A stretch of DNA of 64,000 nucleotides from Camelus dromedarius (GCF_036321535.1 NC_087437.1:32676001-32740000); one strand, 5' to 3'. Shown: positions 39,001-54,149, counted from the first letter of the stretch. The notes: generated from the sequence alone by a model not told the origin. Translations and numbers: made by a program.

Positions 39001-42000
39001 CAGCTCACTTTCTGAAACCACACATATAGCGATATAAAGAAATATTTCAGCTCTACAAAATTTAATAAATCATCCCATTTCCTAATTTGATCATATTAGA
39101 TGCTGATGTGGAAGAAGCATTTCAAATACCATCTCCTCATTAATATACATCAGTCTGGGGAATAGAATGGAATACTTATGCAGAGATGTCACAGTTACTG
39201 TTTCTTAGTTTACTAAGTGGAACAGGTTGATGTGATACTGGGTGCTATTTGTCAATGTCTTGTTAAAATGGTTTGGGTCGAGTTATGGAGTCCAGAAAGA
39301 CGGTGGCTGATAAATCAAAAGTGGATTGAGTGGACAGGAGGCAGTGATTGATACTGTGACAGGATATGAAGAAAGGAACCTTGATACAAGCATGCATGAT
39401 ACTGAATATGAGAAGGAAAATGGCCCTGGAGTATGGATATTATTCACGGAAATGAGAATAATAACATCAGCCTGAAAATATTGCCTGGTGAAGATTAGGA
39501 TAGTCCTTATTTGAGCACAATACTTTGTTAGTATGGTAGGGGTGAAATTATGTAAAGGTTTGTGTGAGAAGAATATTTTAACCTATGTGTGAAGACTCTT
39601 TAATGATTATTTCTTGTTTAAGGTAGCTTTAGCCTTGTTTTTCCAGTCTAATTTTTAAACCATTTGTTTGTAAACATCCTAACTCATAGTAAAATTAAAA
39701 CTTTTTTCTTTTAGATTATTTTAAAGAACATTTACCTTCACATCTTGATTTTATAGAATTATGTATTCAGGGACTGAACTTATATGTGTAAATAGTATTT
39801 TCTATCTGTTGGTTTTGACTTATAAAGATTATATTGTTAATTTTAAGTGAGAAATCTGCATTGCAAGGTTTTCAGCCTATTAGATTAGTCATTTTGAATG
39901 ACAAATGGAAGATTCCTGACAGATGAGCCATTTCACAAAGATCAAGGCTGTATATACTGAATTTTCTTCTACTGAATTACCAGTGAAATATTAGTTGATG
40001 TTGGAAAGTTCTTGGTGGGAATCTTTTGATTGTCAGCCTGACTTTTGTCCTTGACAGTGTGTAAGTAGAAAGAACTTTCTTTTGCTTCCTCACTGAAAAG
40101 GTTCCATATCTAACACTGGCAGAATAGGAGGTTCTTTGGAAAGATATTCAATTAACTCTTATAATGACATAGTATGTGAGAGGGAGTTACCAAATAATTG
40201 TAATTATAGTAGTTTATTCTTATATACAACATCTTTTTCTTCCTCTTAAGAACTGACACTTTGGCACAATTTTTAAGTATGTAGTAGAAAACATTTCAAA
40301 TAAGGCATTGCTAAACATTTATTCAGGTGACTGAAACTAGTAGTGATGAAATCATTGATAGCCTTTTTTTCTAGTCCTTTAGAAAATTCTGGTAAAATGT
40401 ATATGTATTCCTGGATTCCTCAAAACTAATTTAGTTAAATGAAAATTGTTATTTTTTTGTTTTATCACCTCAATATTTGATAAACCGCCATCATTGTGTC
40501 AGCTAAATAATTAGTGTAGAACTTAGAATAAGTTCTTAATTACGCTGTTTATTGTTACGTGTTTTATGAGGTACTGAATGTGATCCTGAATGTTTGAAGA
40601 GGAAAAAGTAATTTCTAAATTATAGAATACTTTTTAAATAGTTTTCTGGAGTTTCCCCTCCAATTCATTCTTTATATAGCAATTATTTCGGGACTTTAGA
40701 ATACAGTCCAAAATGTTTATGAGGCCTCAAGTCCCTCTGTGATCTGGTACTCCCTGTTTTCATTCACATCTTTCTAACCCCAGTCATACTTACAGTTCCT
40801 CTACAGCTCTTTTTTCTCTCTCAGGGCCCTTGAACATGTGGTTGCTTCTTTTTGAAATGTCCTTTACGCTTTCTCATCATCTCCTATCATCTTTGAGGTC
40901 TTGACTTAAAGGCATTTCCTTGGATGGACTTCTCTGTCTACGAAGACATGGATACATTCTCTCATCATAGACACTGCTCACAGCTCTTAACCCAGGATTT
41001 AGCAAGCATACTAAATGATGATTCTAGTTACTGTTATAGAAACATGGGTATGCACTCTGTCTTATTAATTCCCAATTTATGGATTGAGCTTTAAGCTTCT
41101 TAATAATCACTGCTCACTTGATTCTCATTTCTATCATGGAGAAACTAGTTTGAAATTATGGGAGGTGACATGAAAGACAGATTAGAAATAGCATAGGAAA
41201 AGTTCTGGATCAGCCTTTCTGAAACTCAGTGTGCTCATCTATAAAATTAGTATTGAACTCATTCTAGCTCTAATTGTTTCTAAATTGTATGAGAATAAGT
41301 TTCATGATGTATAGTCATTTAAACAAAAACTATTTTTTATATCATTTTTCACTTTTGACTTATAAAAAAAATAGTAGATATACCTGTCACTTTGCCATGT
41401 TACCATGCTCCAAAAAGAATCATTAAGCCCACTTCAAAGAACTGAACATTTATTCCTGTTGACATTATTGCCCACTTGGTCAGCTTCTGCTTGCATCCAT
41501 ACAGAGCTCTACTTTGCTGTACTATCCTACAGAACTTTTATTCTTTGTGTATTTGTGTTGAGAATGCCCTTATGTAAGTTTTTATTTATCTGGTTTATAA
41601 CTTTCAGAGGTGGCTGAGGTCCTGGACAGGTATGGATGTAAAAGTTTTAGGGTTATAAGGTTATTTTAGATTTTTTCTTTTAGATGAGAAAACTGAGACT
41701 AGAGAAGTTAATCCCAGGGTAACCAAGTAGTGGCAGCAGAAATGGTTCCCTAAGTGTGTGGTGATTTTTATGACTTCTCCTTTCACAGGGTGTTTTTCTT
41801 CTCCCTCCAGTTTTTAAATAGGTGCAGATCATAAGGATCAATAGAAGAAGTGAGAAAATTGTGGAGGAGCAAAGCTAGGCAACGTTGTTCTTGGATAGAC
41901 AGGCTAAAAAAGCTATCTGCTTGGGGATAATAAATTGAGCATAAAATGAACGCTGAATATAAGTACAAGGGGTTATCAATTCATTTACAAATAATCTGTT

Positions 42001-43974
42001 TTATTCCTGTTAGGCTATAGTTAAATAAATGTGTATTTCTATTGTTTCTTTATTTACCTTAAATAGTGCATATTTATAGAATTTATCCAAAATAAAGTGA
42101 AGCCCAGACTATGGGTCTAACCATGGATGCAGTAAGCTTTTATTTATTTGTATGCTCTTGACTGGAAACAGCAGCAGTTTTACACTGACATTCAAAACAG
42201 ATGGATTTTTGATTATTAATCCTATGGAATTAATGAGCTCATTTTAAAGAACAGGGTTCTCTCCTAGCACCCCACTGCCCACTTCTTTGTCAAGTTGCTT
42301 TTTAATTAGGATTTTCTAGGTTTATATCATATAATCCAAACTAGGCAAAAGATGAAATGTTAAGTATTAGTTGTGAAATCTCCAAATTTTTGAATAAAAG
42401 ATTCAGTGATTTACATTGGATAAAAGATTGTATGTGGTTTTGTAGTACTAGGTCGATTAAATTAATGAATGCTATTCTTTTTGGTATTTTGCTTTAATAT
42501 GTTGCCCTTCCAGTTTTCAGGTGATTTTAAGTTAGTTATGATACTTTCACATCAAAATTTGTTGTTTAGGTCTAGAAGAAGTACAGTAAATACTAGTTGC
42601 CTTAACTTTCAACAATTAATAGAAAAAGAATACCCAAATTATTAGTTGGCATAAGAACTGTATTCTCTAATGACAAAGGAGATGACATTTTCATAGACAT
42701 TTCTTCTCAGTATTTTAACTATAGTGCAATTCTAGTTCTTTTGTTCTTGACTCATATGGGAACTACTTTGCTGCCTGTCTAAAATCAGAGCACAGATTTC
42801 TACGTAGGATGGCAGCTGCATTGTGAGGAACCCTTTCTGGGGAGTTCTGAGTTGATGGAATTGACCATTATCTGTTAGCCAAGTTATGACTACTTACCTG
42901 GTTTTGGGCCATGTTTCACTGTTGTATAGAGTGGGGTCATGACTCTAAACCAGCTGAGTGGAGGATCTGTCCATTTTGATTTTCTATTGCTCGTCTTCAC
43001 TGGTATAGCTACCAGAAATAGACTGTACTTCTTTATGCACTATTTACCACTATATCAAGTTAAAGATGTTTAATACATGCTTTTGGTTGAAATGATTTAT
43101 TATGGTAATTGCTAAATTTCTTGCTTTTTCTTGTGTCTCATTTATGGTGGAGCAAAAGAGGAAAATCAGAAGAACATTATGTAGGGAATGTTTTGTTTCC
43201 TGGGCAGAGCCCAAGCCAGAATTTACCATGGTGGCTTGCCATAGGCACTACTGTTGGCTGTAACTAACTGCCAACATGTTTTATTGGTTGGCTCCTTGAA
43301 GGCTGGCAGACACTTAAAGTAGTCCCTGCTCTAGATGAGCTTATTGGGTAAGATTTGCTTTTTGTTTTTTCTTTTTATCTTTGTCTACTTATTCTTTTAC
43401 ATCATGATAAAAGCAAAGATAGAAAATAATGTTTACCATATCCCATGACCTGTGTAGGTGGGTACGGATAATTTATTGAGAATGAAATTATTTATTTCTC
43501 CCTACTCATTCCTATAAAACTGAAGAATTGTGGAGTCTTGCCAAAAATAAAAAAAATTGGTAATGATTACTTAAAATACCAAAATAATTTAAAAGTAGGT
43601 AAATTGTTGTATGTTTTTATGATGCTGTTGATTATAAGTAAAGGAATCCTTAATTATGCCCTTTATTTTATTCTTTATTTCAACTCATTGTTTGGTGTGG
43701 AAGGATGTAGAATATGTATTTATAAATCTGTTTCTTAAAAGATCATTATATTTGTTTTATTTCATAGAAACAGTGCTTAATATTCGATGACACTTTGTTC
43801 TAGAGCTTACTATTGTCTTTATTTTGAGAATGAATATTTTATTTTCATAAGCATGTTTATCTTGTGAGTGCTGTAACTACAACAGGAAGTGCATATACCA
43901 TCTTTAACCTCACATTAAAAAGAGTGTACCAATAGTGATGAATTTCAGTAATTCCTTGTGTTGTTTTTCCTTGA

Positions 43975-46335
43975 CTTTATTTAAACAAAACAAAACAAAA
44001 CAGTTTACCCATTTCTCATATCCCAATCCTCCCACCTTTGGCAACCATAAATCTGTTCTCTGTGTCCATGAGCTTAGTTTTTAATCTTTGTATGTGTGTG
44101 TATATATGTATATACGTGTGTGTGTGTATGTGTGTATACACATACATATTTTTATGATTCCAAGTATAAGAGATCATACTGGGGGAAGGGTATAGCTCAA
44201 GTGGTGTAGAGTGCCTGCATAGCATGCATGAGGTCTTGGATTCAATCCCCAGTACCTCCTCTAAAAAATAAAATGAGCATATGGTCCATCCATGTTGTTG
44301 TAGATGGCAAGGTTTCATTCTTTTTTATGACTGAATAATACTCCATTGTGTATACTGTATATGTATGTATATACAACATTCTATATGTATGTATTTGCAA
44401 TATTCAATTGTGTATATGTAATATGCATATACAATATATATACATATTCTATCTATATCAAATATATATATCAAATATATATATAGTATATATACACACA
44501 TCACAATTTATCCATTTATCTATCAGTGGACACTTAGGATATTTCCATGTCTTGGCTATAGTAAATAATGCTGCAGTGAACATGGAGGGTGCAGATGGCT
44601 TTTTGAGATAGTGATTTAGTTTCCTTGGGATAAATACTCAGAAATGGCATTGCTGGATCATAGAGTGGTTCTATTTTTAATTTTTTAAGGAACTGCCATG
44701 GTGTTTTCCATTGTGGCTACACCAGTTTACATTCTCACCAACAGTGCTCAAGGGTTCCCTTTCCTCCATATCCTCGTTAACACTTGTTGTTTCTAGTCTT
44801 TTTGCTAACAGACATGCTAACAGGTATGATGTGATATCTTATTGTGGTTTTGATTTGCATTTCCTTTATGATTAATGACATTGAACACCTTTTCATATAT
44901 CCGTTGGCCAATTGTATGCCTTCTGTGGAAAAATGTCTATTCAGATCCTCTGCCCATCTTTTAGATATTAGCCCCTTATCAGATATATGATTTGCAAATA
45001 TTTTCTATATTTCTGTCGGTTTCCTTTTCATTTTATTAAGGGTTATATTTGCTGTACAGAAACTTTACTTTGATGTAATCTAATTTGTTGACTTTTGCTT
45101 TTGGTTTCGAATCCAAAACAATCATTGCTAAGACTGACATCCAGGAGATTGCCTCCTACATTTTTTTCTAGGAGTTTTATGGTTTCAGGTCTTATGTTCA
45201 AGTCTTTAATTCATTTTGGGTTGGACTTTTGTAGTGGTTTAAGATAGTGATCCAATTTCATTCTTTTTCATGTGGGTGTCCAATTTTCCCAGCACCATTT
45301 CTTGAAGAGACTGTCCTTTCCTCGCTGTATACTCTTGGCTCCTTTGTCATAAGTTAATTGACCGTTTATGTGTGGGTTTGTTTTTGGGTGCTCTGTTCTG
45401 TTGCATTGGTCTGTATGTATGTTTTTATGCCAACACCAAACTGTTTTGATGACTGTAGCTTTGTGATAGAGTTTGAAATCAGGAAGTGTGGTGCATCCAG
45501 CTTCGTCTGCTTTCTCAAGACTGCGTTGGCTGTTTTGGTTCTTTTGTGGTCCCATGTCAATTTTAGGATTGTTCTATTTCCATGAGAAATGCCATTGGAA
45601 TTTTGCCATGGATTGCATTGAATCTGTAGATTACTTTGGGAAGGATGGACGTCTTAACAATATTAATTCATGTAAACCTATTGGCACTGGGTATCTTTTG
45701 ATTTGTTTGTGTCTTCAGTTTTTTTTTTCATGATTGTCTTTTAGTTTTCAGTGTACAGGTCTTTCCCTTCCTTGGTTAAACTTATTTTTAGGTATTTTAT
45801 TCTTATTGATGCAATTGTAAATGGGATTATTTTCTTAATTTCTCTTTCTGATAGTTCATCATTAATGTATATAAATCCAACAATTTTTGTGTATTGATTT
45901 TATATACTGCAACTAGTGAATTTGTTGATTAAGTCTAACAATTTTTGGTAGAGTTTTAAGGGTTTTCTCTATATAATATGTCATCTGCTTCTTCCTTTCT
46001 GATTTGTATGCCTTTTATTTCTTTTGTTGTCTAGTTACTCTGGCTTTGGACTTTTCAATACTGTGTTTAATAAAAGTGGCAAGTGTGGGCATCCTTGTCT
46101 TGTTTCTGATCTTAAAGGAAGCCTTCAGTTTTTCGCCATTGATGAAATGGTGATGTTAGCTGTGGGCTGTCATATATAGTCTTTATTATGTTGAGGTACA
46201 TTTCGTCTGTACCTACTTTGTTGAGAGTTTTTATCATGAATAGATGTTGAATTTTGTCAAATGCCTTTTCTGCCTCTATTGAGATTATTTTGTCATTGTG
46301 GTGTATCACAGTGTTTGATTTGCAGATGTTGAAAC
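43975..46335 (-). mobile_element. 5'-truncated L1 (3'UTR plus decayed ORF2)
   Basis: ORF2 remnants [23 protein letters not shown] and [22 protein letters not shown]. Confidence 0.9.
44181..44273 (+). mobile_element. tRNA(Ala)-derived SINE (camelid vic-1-like) inserted in an L1
   Basis: Pol III A box (tatagctcaagtgg), B-box-like ggattcaatccc and an A-rich tail; it interrupts L1 sequence. Confidence 0.75.
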
Positions 46336-48339
46336 AACAAATGAAATTTTCCATACAACCTACAACCTAGTTATATGTGAGCAATCCCTCTCCCCTTTTT
46401 TAAAGCAGGTTCCTTCTTTATTTGTTCAAGGCTCCATATTTAGATTTATTCTTAATCACATTTGCTTATTTGGTACTAGCTTTGTAGATTCAGTGTTGTC
46501 TCAGTTACTGAAATGCCTCTTTTAAATGGTCCCTTCACCATCAGAGTGATCTCTTGCCTTTTCTATTTGGAGAAACTCAGGATGGGTAGGGAACCCTCTG
46601 TTTCTAGAGATGCTGTTTGAGGCAGTTCTTTTTCCCATTTATTGTTAAGTAAGATATGTGGTTGAGATGGGCTCCAATACTATGAAAATAAGGAGTAGCC
46701 ATTGAGGTAAGTTGGAGATGGTCTTAGAGGGTTCCAGAACAGAAAATAACAGCCATTTGTCTTGCAAGCATGGTTCTTTTGAAAGGGGCTTTTGAAGCAA
46801 TGCTGTCACATCAAAGGCAGGAGAACATGGGAAACATTAAGATGATTGTAGGAATGTTAATATAGCCCTCTAGGCTTTATAAAAATACAGTTACTACACA
46901 CATTTTTGGTTTGTTCCTCATGTGATTTATCCTGATTGTACAGATAGAGGAGGTAAGTTACAGTGTCAAATTTAAGCCCTGAAAGACCAGTTTGATTTCA
47001 TTCTGGCTAGTTTTGCAGGGAGAGGAGTAGCAGAATTCAGGGGAGAATAGCATATTTTTGTAGGTAAAAGCAGGTAGAAATACAGCCACTGGATTTGAGT
47101 GTTTTAAATGGAAAAGCTGCAAGAGAGTTAAAGAAATTACTGTTTTATTACTTTACATCATGTAGCTAAAAACATAAATAAAATATAGATAAATAACTAT
47201 TTTTTTTGATAAGAACTTTTAAAAACAGCCCTCTCATGTTTTTTCTTCCTTCCTTTCTTTCTTTCTTTCATGTGGATGAGATTCTTATTTGATTCTTAAG
47301 TTGATCTTTTTCAGTCATTTTTTGTTTGTGGCCAAGTATTTAAAAATAAAAGTGAACATCACATAGCTTCAGTAATTTTGGTTAATGCCTTGTGAGTGTG
47401 TGTGTGCATTCACTTCAGTCCTATAAAGCTTTAATGTTGTTTACTGCAAACTATGATGATGAATGCAGTGATAAAACAACTGATGTTTAAATGCATCTAC
47501 TCACACTACAGTTGATGGGAAGCTTCCATTTTGTGTATTTGTGAGTATGAATGAGAAAGCAAAGTCTGCCTTGGGAATTTTATAATGAATATGAGAGAGA
47601 TCCTGCCACAGGTAGTTATTAAAATGTCCCCTGAAGTCTTTTATGATGAATGATTGTATTTGTGTCTCAGTCTTCCCTGAAGACTGACCTTCCTTGACCT
47701 TCCCTGAAGCCTCTGTTTTTTAAAGAAATCATCACTACCCCAAACCATCCACTTATTAAAAATTTAAAAATAAATTTTTACTACTGCATTTTAATTCATA
47801 CAGAATTATTTGAATAACTCAAATAATTTTATAAATATATTTGGTGAATCTGCCCTTTTCTTCTGAAAAGGAGAAAATATGTGTTGATGATTTAACTACT
47901 ATTTGTCACCTTTTTTGAGGAAGGGAGGAAATAAATATAAGAAAAATAGGAAGGAAAAGATATGGAAATTTTGCTTATTAAACAAGCGAAGTTTTCCTTG
48001 TTTTTTTCTGTAGGAAAATGTATCATCATGAAAAACTTAAGATTTATAGCAGGAAAGAAAAAGATGATTAGTAAGTTCAATGAGAAAGGGGAGGGTTCTT
48101 CTCAGACATGGAAATAGATATTCTGGAATTATTTTAACAGGTGTTTAAAGTTTAGTTTGAAAAATAGGATTATGTATTTGCATGTAATAAAAATTTTGTG
48201 AAAATATGTTGAATATTTTTTAATAGCTTGACTTCTTAGAGCAAAGAATAAGAATGAAGGGGAAACTAAAATTAGTTAGTATCTAATATATGCTAGGAAT
48301 TATGGGATTGTGTTATCATTAATGGATATTTTATTTGAT

Positions 48340-48480
48340 TGTCACAACAACCTTTCTTTTTCCAAGTTTGTATTTTACCTTCAGTTTGCAGATGAGGAAA
48401 CACTACAGAGGTCAGTAACTTGCTCATGCTTTCATGGCTAAAGCTGGGGGGATTCGTAACACTTTGGATTTCAAACCCTG
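48340..48480. mobile_element. MIR fragment
   Basis: MIR core-like gcagatgaggaaacactacagaggtcagtaacttgctca. Confidence 0.6.
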
Positions 48481-48587
48481 TTCTTACTCTTTTCGGACAC
48501 CCTGCTGTCCACCAGGTTGTACTCTTTGTTGCCATTGGTGGATGCCTGGCTCCAGAGCCTAAATACCCTCTGATTCTAATCATGTCT

Positions 48588-48960
48588 TTGTATTAGTCTA
48601 TTACCACAATTAATGCTACCTAGTAACCATCTCAAAACTTAGTAGCACACAACAAAAAGAATTCTTTCTCACTCAGACATCTATGAGTCTGCTGGGCCTT
48701 TTCTGATCTAGGCTGGGCGCCCTGAGCTTGGCTTCTAAATGAGGCTTGATACCAGCTCTGCTCCTGGTACCTTTCATTCACCGTGGATCAACAGCTACTC
48801 AAAGCGAGATTTTCTTAGACAAAAGGAAAATAAGCACAACTTCCTAAGCACATTTAAATCCTTTGTTTAGTGTCATTTCTGCCAGCATTTCATTGGCCAG
48901 AGAAAGTCACGTGGGTAAGCTCAAAGTGTCAAGGATGAGGAAGAATACTCTGCCTATGGT
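48588..48960 (-). mobile_element. Old MLT1-type LTR
   Basis: Begins tgtattagtctatt...ctcaaaacttagtagc; contains cattggccagagaaagtcacgtgg. Confidence 0.6.
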
Positions 48961-51900
48961 TTGGGTAGGGGAAATGACTATATTCTGAATAATAATTAAC
49001 ATTGCCAAACTCTTGATGGACCTTATGAAGAAAATATAACATGAAAGGCAAAGCTCTCTGTTTGCTTAATGTCTTATGAGGCTTCTTTAAATACTATAAG
49101 TTAATTATGTCTGTGAAGGAATTTCAGATTTTTACATCTTGAAATTCAGGTGCCTGGAGACTTAATGTACTGTGTAAGGCACTGTACTGAGCTGTAGATA
49201 TCAGAAATATTCTCATACAGTGTTATTTTTAGTCTGGCCTTCTGGAATGTGCTTTCCTCTGTTTTACTAACTGTGGTAAGGAAAGGGGACAATTTAATGC
49301 TAGGTAATAGGTTGCCTTTGTTTTTGCCTTTAGTATCTATGTAGTGATAAAGAATTAACATTATTTCCAATCCAGCAGTTAGGGGAATTAGCATTTTAGT
49401 TACATCTCAATTTAGAGCCTAATCAAATTTGTTATGAATGTTAACTATTTCAATCCATTTAAACTTGGTTCGTTAGAATAAGCTTTTGGATTACTTTTTT
49501 TTTTTTTTTTTTTTTTTTGGCTTTTCATTATTGCCTGTTAGGAACCATTGTCTCCAGTTTACTTACATGGATAAGACTGTTGACACAGGAAGAAGTTCAT
49601 TGGCCTAAGATATTTGGAAAAAATTTCTTTAGACAACAGAGAAGTGGTATCTGTTAATAAGGATGTCCCTTGACTTTATTTCTTTAGATTTAATTTTGTA
49701 GTGGTAGTAGGGGAGTGAAAAGGAAAAGAGGGTAAATGATGTGAGTATTTTAAAATTTGAACATTTCTGGAGAGACAGAAACGATATCCCTAAGCTTCTC
49801 TAGGTAAAAAGGAAGAGTGATTTCTAACCTTTTGGATATTGTGTTATCACCATTTGTTCTCTTTTACTGTTCATCTTGAAATAGATTATTTTTTAAAATA
49901 AAAGTGAACCAGTGTTAAATTTTATGGTGAGAACTTTATGATTCTCATTTTGAAATTGCTGGAGACATCTTAGCATGTTACAAAGCCAAGACTGAGGATC
50001 ACTGTGCCAGTAGGTAAATGGTAATTGAATAATGAGTTGGTGAGTGGGAATGGTAATTGAAGTAGTTAAAATTTAGCAGATAGGTACACCAAACCTAATG
50101 TTCTCATAGATCCATTTATATTCATGTTATGTCTTTCTAAATTACATACACTTTTAAAAATAATGGTACAAGTTGGTACCTATGTTGTGTTTAGCTCAGC
50201 AATACACACATGGTTGAACCAACATGTTTTCTCTCAAGAATCTTTTGAATACAGTAGAGCATTGACACTCTGGATGTTGAGTGTTTGATATGCATCTTTA
50301 TTATAGTCATTGAAAGTTATAGCTAAAACCAACCTGTTTCTATGTTGTAGGGGGTATTTTACTTTAATGGAGTTAAACTCTTAACTCCATTATGGCACAA
50401 CTCTTGCCTGTCTTATTTCCCACTGTATCTCCAGCATAGAAGAATGAATGAATGAATGAATATTGCTGTAGAACATTTGAGATCTTTCCTCATTGTGATT
50501 CTCCATCTGCCGTTCTAGCAAATTTTTCTTAGTCCCTATAATCAGAAATTTTAATGTGGGAACACAAAGCCACAGTGGTTTTGTGTAAAGCATGTTTTAA
50601 AAAGTTTATCCCAGAGAAATTTTTGTTAGAAATTACACTTAACCAATTCTCCAAAAAGAGACTATCTTTTTAGAATTTTTCCTGTAGAATGAATTTTTTT
50701 TTGATTCATAAATGAAACTGTTCTGCAGGTTTATCTTACATGGGAAGAGACAAAGGGGAAGATTAATGAGCAACAGCAAATTACAGAGAAGCAGGAGACA
50801 TCTATCATATGTGAAACTGTAGCTTTATTATTAACTGTCAGTTATTACACTAATAACTGGTATTTTTAAAAAATTATTAAAGGGTTTTACTTACTTAACT
50901 TCCCAAGTAAATTGGTTTCGTTTTTTTATTCATGGAAAATGAAATTTGATTTTTAAAAATTAAGAATACTTTTTACACTTCTAAATTATTTACACAATTG
51001 TTTAAAAACTTTACAAAATTATAAAAATATTCATGTTTACAAAAAATGATTTTGCATCTTGTTTTATCTTTTAATCATAGCCAGTGTTATTTTAAGTGCT
51101 GTATGATTTGTAGCAGAGAATTAGATTTCTATTTTTAAAAGCATATAGACTAGCTATGCTTCTAAGTGATATGAAATATTGGTGATCCCAGGATATGTGT
51201 AAGTTTTTTTTTTGATGGCTGACAATTTATATTGAGTAATTGTTTTATAGTGGCAATTTAGCTAGGTAACCTAATATAAATTTAAATGCATTTGTTATAA
51301 TAGCATATTTTATCTTTCTTATTTTCTAATTGAAGAGAAGGGGCAAAAGCTAAGTTTGTATGGAAGTTAAATTCACTTGGATATAGTACTTAAGCATATT
51401 AGTCAATTTTTATCAGAAAAGATGCACTGAAGTTTTCATATTAAGGTTTTAAGATTACTGATTGGAAAAGAGTTTGAAAATATCTTTTTGTCCCTATTTC
51501 CTCTATATAGCCTTCTTGAAGTTTCTCTAAATTAGATTTTAAATGCCAATTAGGAGGTTGAGTATACTAAAATAAAAGCAAATGCAACCAAAATGGCCTC
51601 ACCTTATGGTAGTTAGGCTTTTGAGAGAATAAGTAGAACCTTTGCTCTGAGCATGGCTTTGAGAAAGATATTCATCTTAATGAACACATTAATTAGAACC
51701 ATAACTATTTATAAGATAATTAGAAATGAAGCATGGTAAACTGAGCTTTTCCTGCAATTAATGAAGGATTAATTACTGGAGGTAATGAAGTGGATTTTTA
51801 AATGCATTAAGGTGAAGTACAGAGATGAGCAAGGCTTTGTGATAGTTGCATAATTATTTCAGGCTGTTTGAGCATAGCTCATATGAGATCGTTAATAAGC

Positions 51901-54149
51901 ATCATTGCATCGTTATGTATGCACTTAAAAAGACTTAGCACCAAAATGACTGCCTAATTATTTCTAATTGGCAGGACTCTGTGTAGTCATTGAGCTGTTT
52001 GTAGCCATTTTAAGGTTCATTTAACTATCCTTGGGGCCATGTGATAGATGGAAAAAGCTTCAACTACATGCTGGCCTTGGCTGGCGCCGTTAATCAATTT
52101 TGGTGGGCTTCAGTTTAAATGCATTTGCTCATGCAGAGGTCAAAACCTGAAGTAGTCCAAGCAAAGTTTTGCTTTTTGAAGCCACTTGACTGTATTCATT
52201 AGCAATTAGTAAAATAATTGTGTCTGTCACTATATTTGGATTTCCATATGACTTGGTGTTCTTTTATCACTGTCCCTTCTTATTCCATATTTGCTACACT
52301 GGAAACCAAATATTCTTCCAACAAACCCTTTTAGAGACTTCAGTGTAGTGGCATATGTTCGGATATACTACCTTTCTTCATTCATTTGTTAGCTTAAACA
52401 GTGTAGTACATTTCAACACAATCATCTAATTTGCTCCTGATTGATTGCTGGTGAAAGTTTCCACTGAAGGACAACATTTTAGGGCTTTTAAGGACATCTC
52501 TAAGGAATTAGTCATTAAGCATTAAGAGAGGAAGTAAGAAGTAGTCAAATCGAATTTTGACATTTACCAGAGTTTTGTAGTTTGAAGCATCTATATCTAA
52601 GATGCTGAAAGCAAAAAAAATTTATGTTTTTTTTCCACCCCACCCCCACAAAAAGGCACATGATGCACCCAAGTCGTGTGATAGGGATAAGCTGTGTAAT
52701 GTCTACACTTGTTTTTAAGGTTCCTTCTTAAATTAGTATATTACTAATCTAGTGCTTTTATGGAATTAGTTTAGAAATGTTTGATGTCAATTTCAAATGA
52801 TATATCTTTGTTTATAATGCAACTGATATAAAGTTTTTAATCTTATATTAGATTTAATGTGACATCCCATTAGCTAAGCATCTGTAAAGGTTTTCAATGA
52901 GCTTGTTGTCTTGTTACACATAATCATAACCATCTGTGGGATGTTGTCAAGGTATATATGCCATTAGAGTGGTTTAAAAAAACAGTGGTGTAGCAAATTG
53001 TAGGCTAATAAAATAAAGGTCAATTTATACTTTGTTACGAAAAATGTGGTTTTAATCATTTCCTTAATGTTAATACTTAAGGTTAAAATTATTTATGCAG
53101 AATATTTTAAGGGATTGCTAGCTTTATTGAAACTAGATATGTGTATTTAGTTCCCTTAACAGTTTCATTATTCAAGAATTTGGGGGTTTAAATGTCAATC
53201 AGGCAGTGCATATTTCTTAGGAACTGACTTAATTACTGTGGATTTTAGTCTATTGTTTCAGTATTTAGAAACAAATGTATTGAACTACTTAATCTCTCAA
53301 ATAAATCAACCTGTCCCCTGCTAGAATTATGAACTTTTTGTTTTTTGATAATACTTTTTGAGTACTTTTAACACGTTTTAAGAGAAAGAGGAAACATAAA
53401 AGCTAGCAAATGGATTGCTTGTTTATAGTAAGTATATTAAATTCTACAAACTTAGGCTGTATCTTAATAGAATTTGTTTTGTCTTTGGTTATTAGGAAAT
53501 GCCAATCTGTTTTTAAAGCATAGAATTAAAAAATAATAATTTAAAGGTTGGGATAGAATTCCCTTTTATGTAATTAGAAATTCATAGTCTATATATTGAC
53601 CACGTTGCCACAATTATTGTTTTAATTCTCTGACATTGTAAATTGAAATTGAAGTTATAGATCTTGAGTAAGGGCAAAATGTTAATGTTTAACTTCAGGT
53701 AAATCCTTTTTAATTTTTATAAGTTTGTGAAGAATGTATTTATAAAAGTGTTAACAAGTGTTCTAGAAAAATGGGGCAGTATTTTAATATTATGTTGTTG
53801 GCTTTAATTCTGCTTATTGAGGTATACTGTGAAATACAGCCTATAATTTTACTCAGTAAGTAGATGTATTAGTATTTCTAGTTATAATATTATGAAAGGA
53901 AAAATGTTACTATAGGACTCCTATATACTTCACTTTCTTTAAGAGCATGGACATAATCATGGCAACCATGCAGACTGGGGCTTACCCTTATTTGCTAGTT
54001 TTTGGAACGGGTACAATTATGTCAAGAAACCCTGGTTAGTGTACTGGCAGATAAGAAACTACTGGAGCAGAGGTAAGACATTGAAGCTGAGGTCCCTGAA
54101 ACCTATCAGTGTACCTCCTGACAGACATGTGAGTGAGGCTATTCTAGAG

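Noticed and set aside
44181..44260. Functional tRNA-Ala gene
   Set aside because: Degenerate arms, an A-rich tail and insertion within L1 indicate a SINE.
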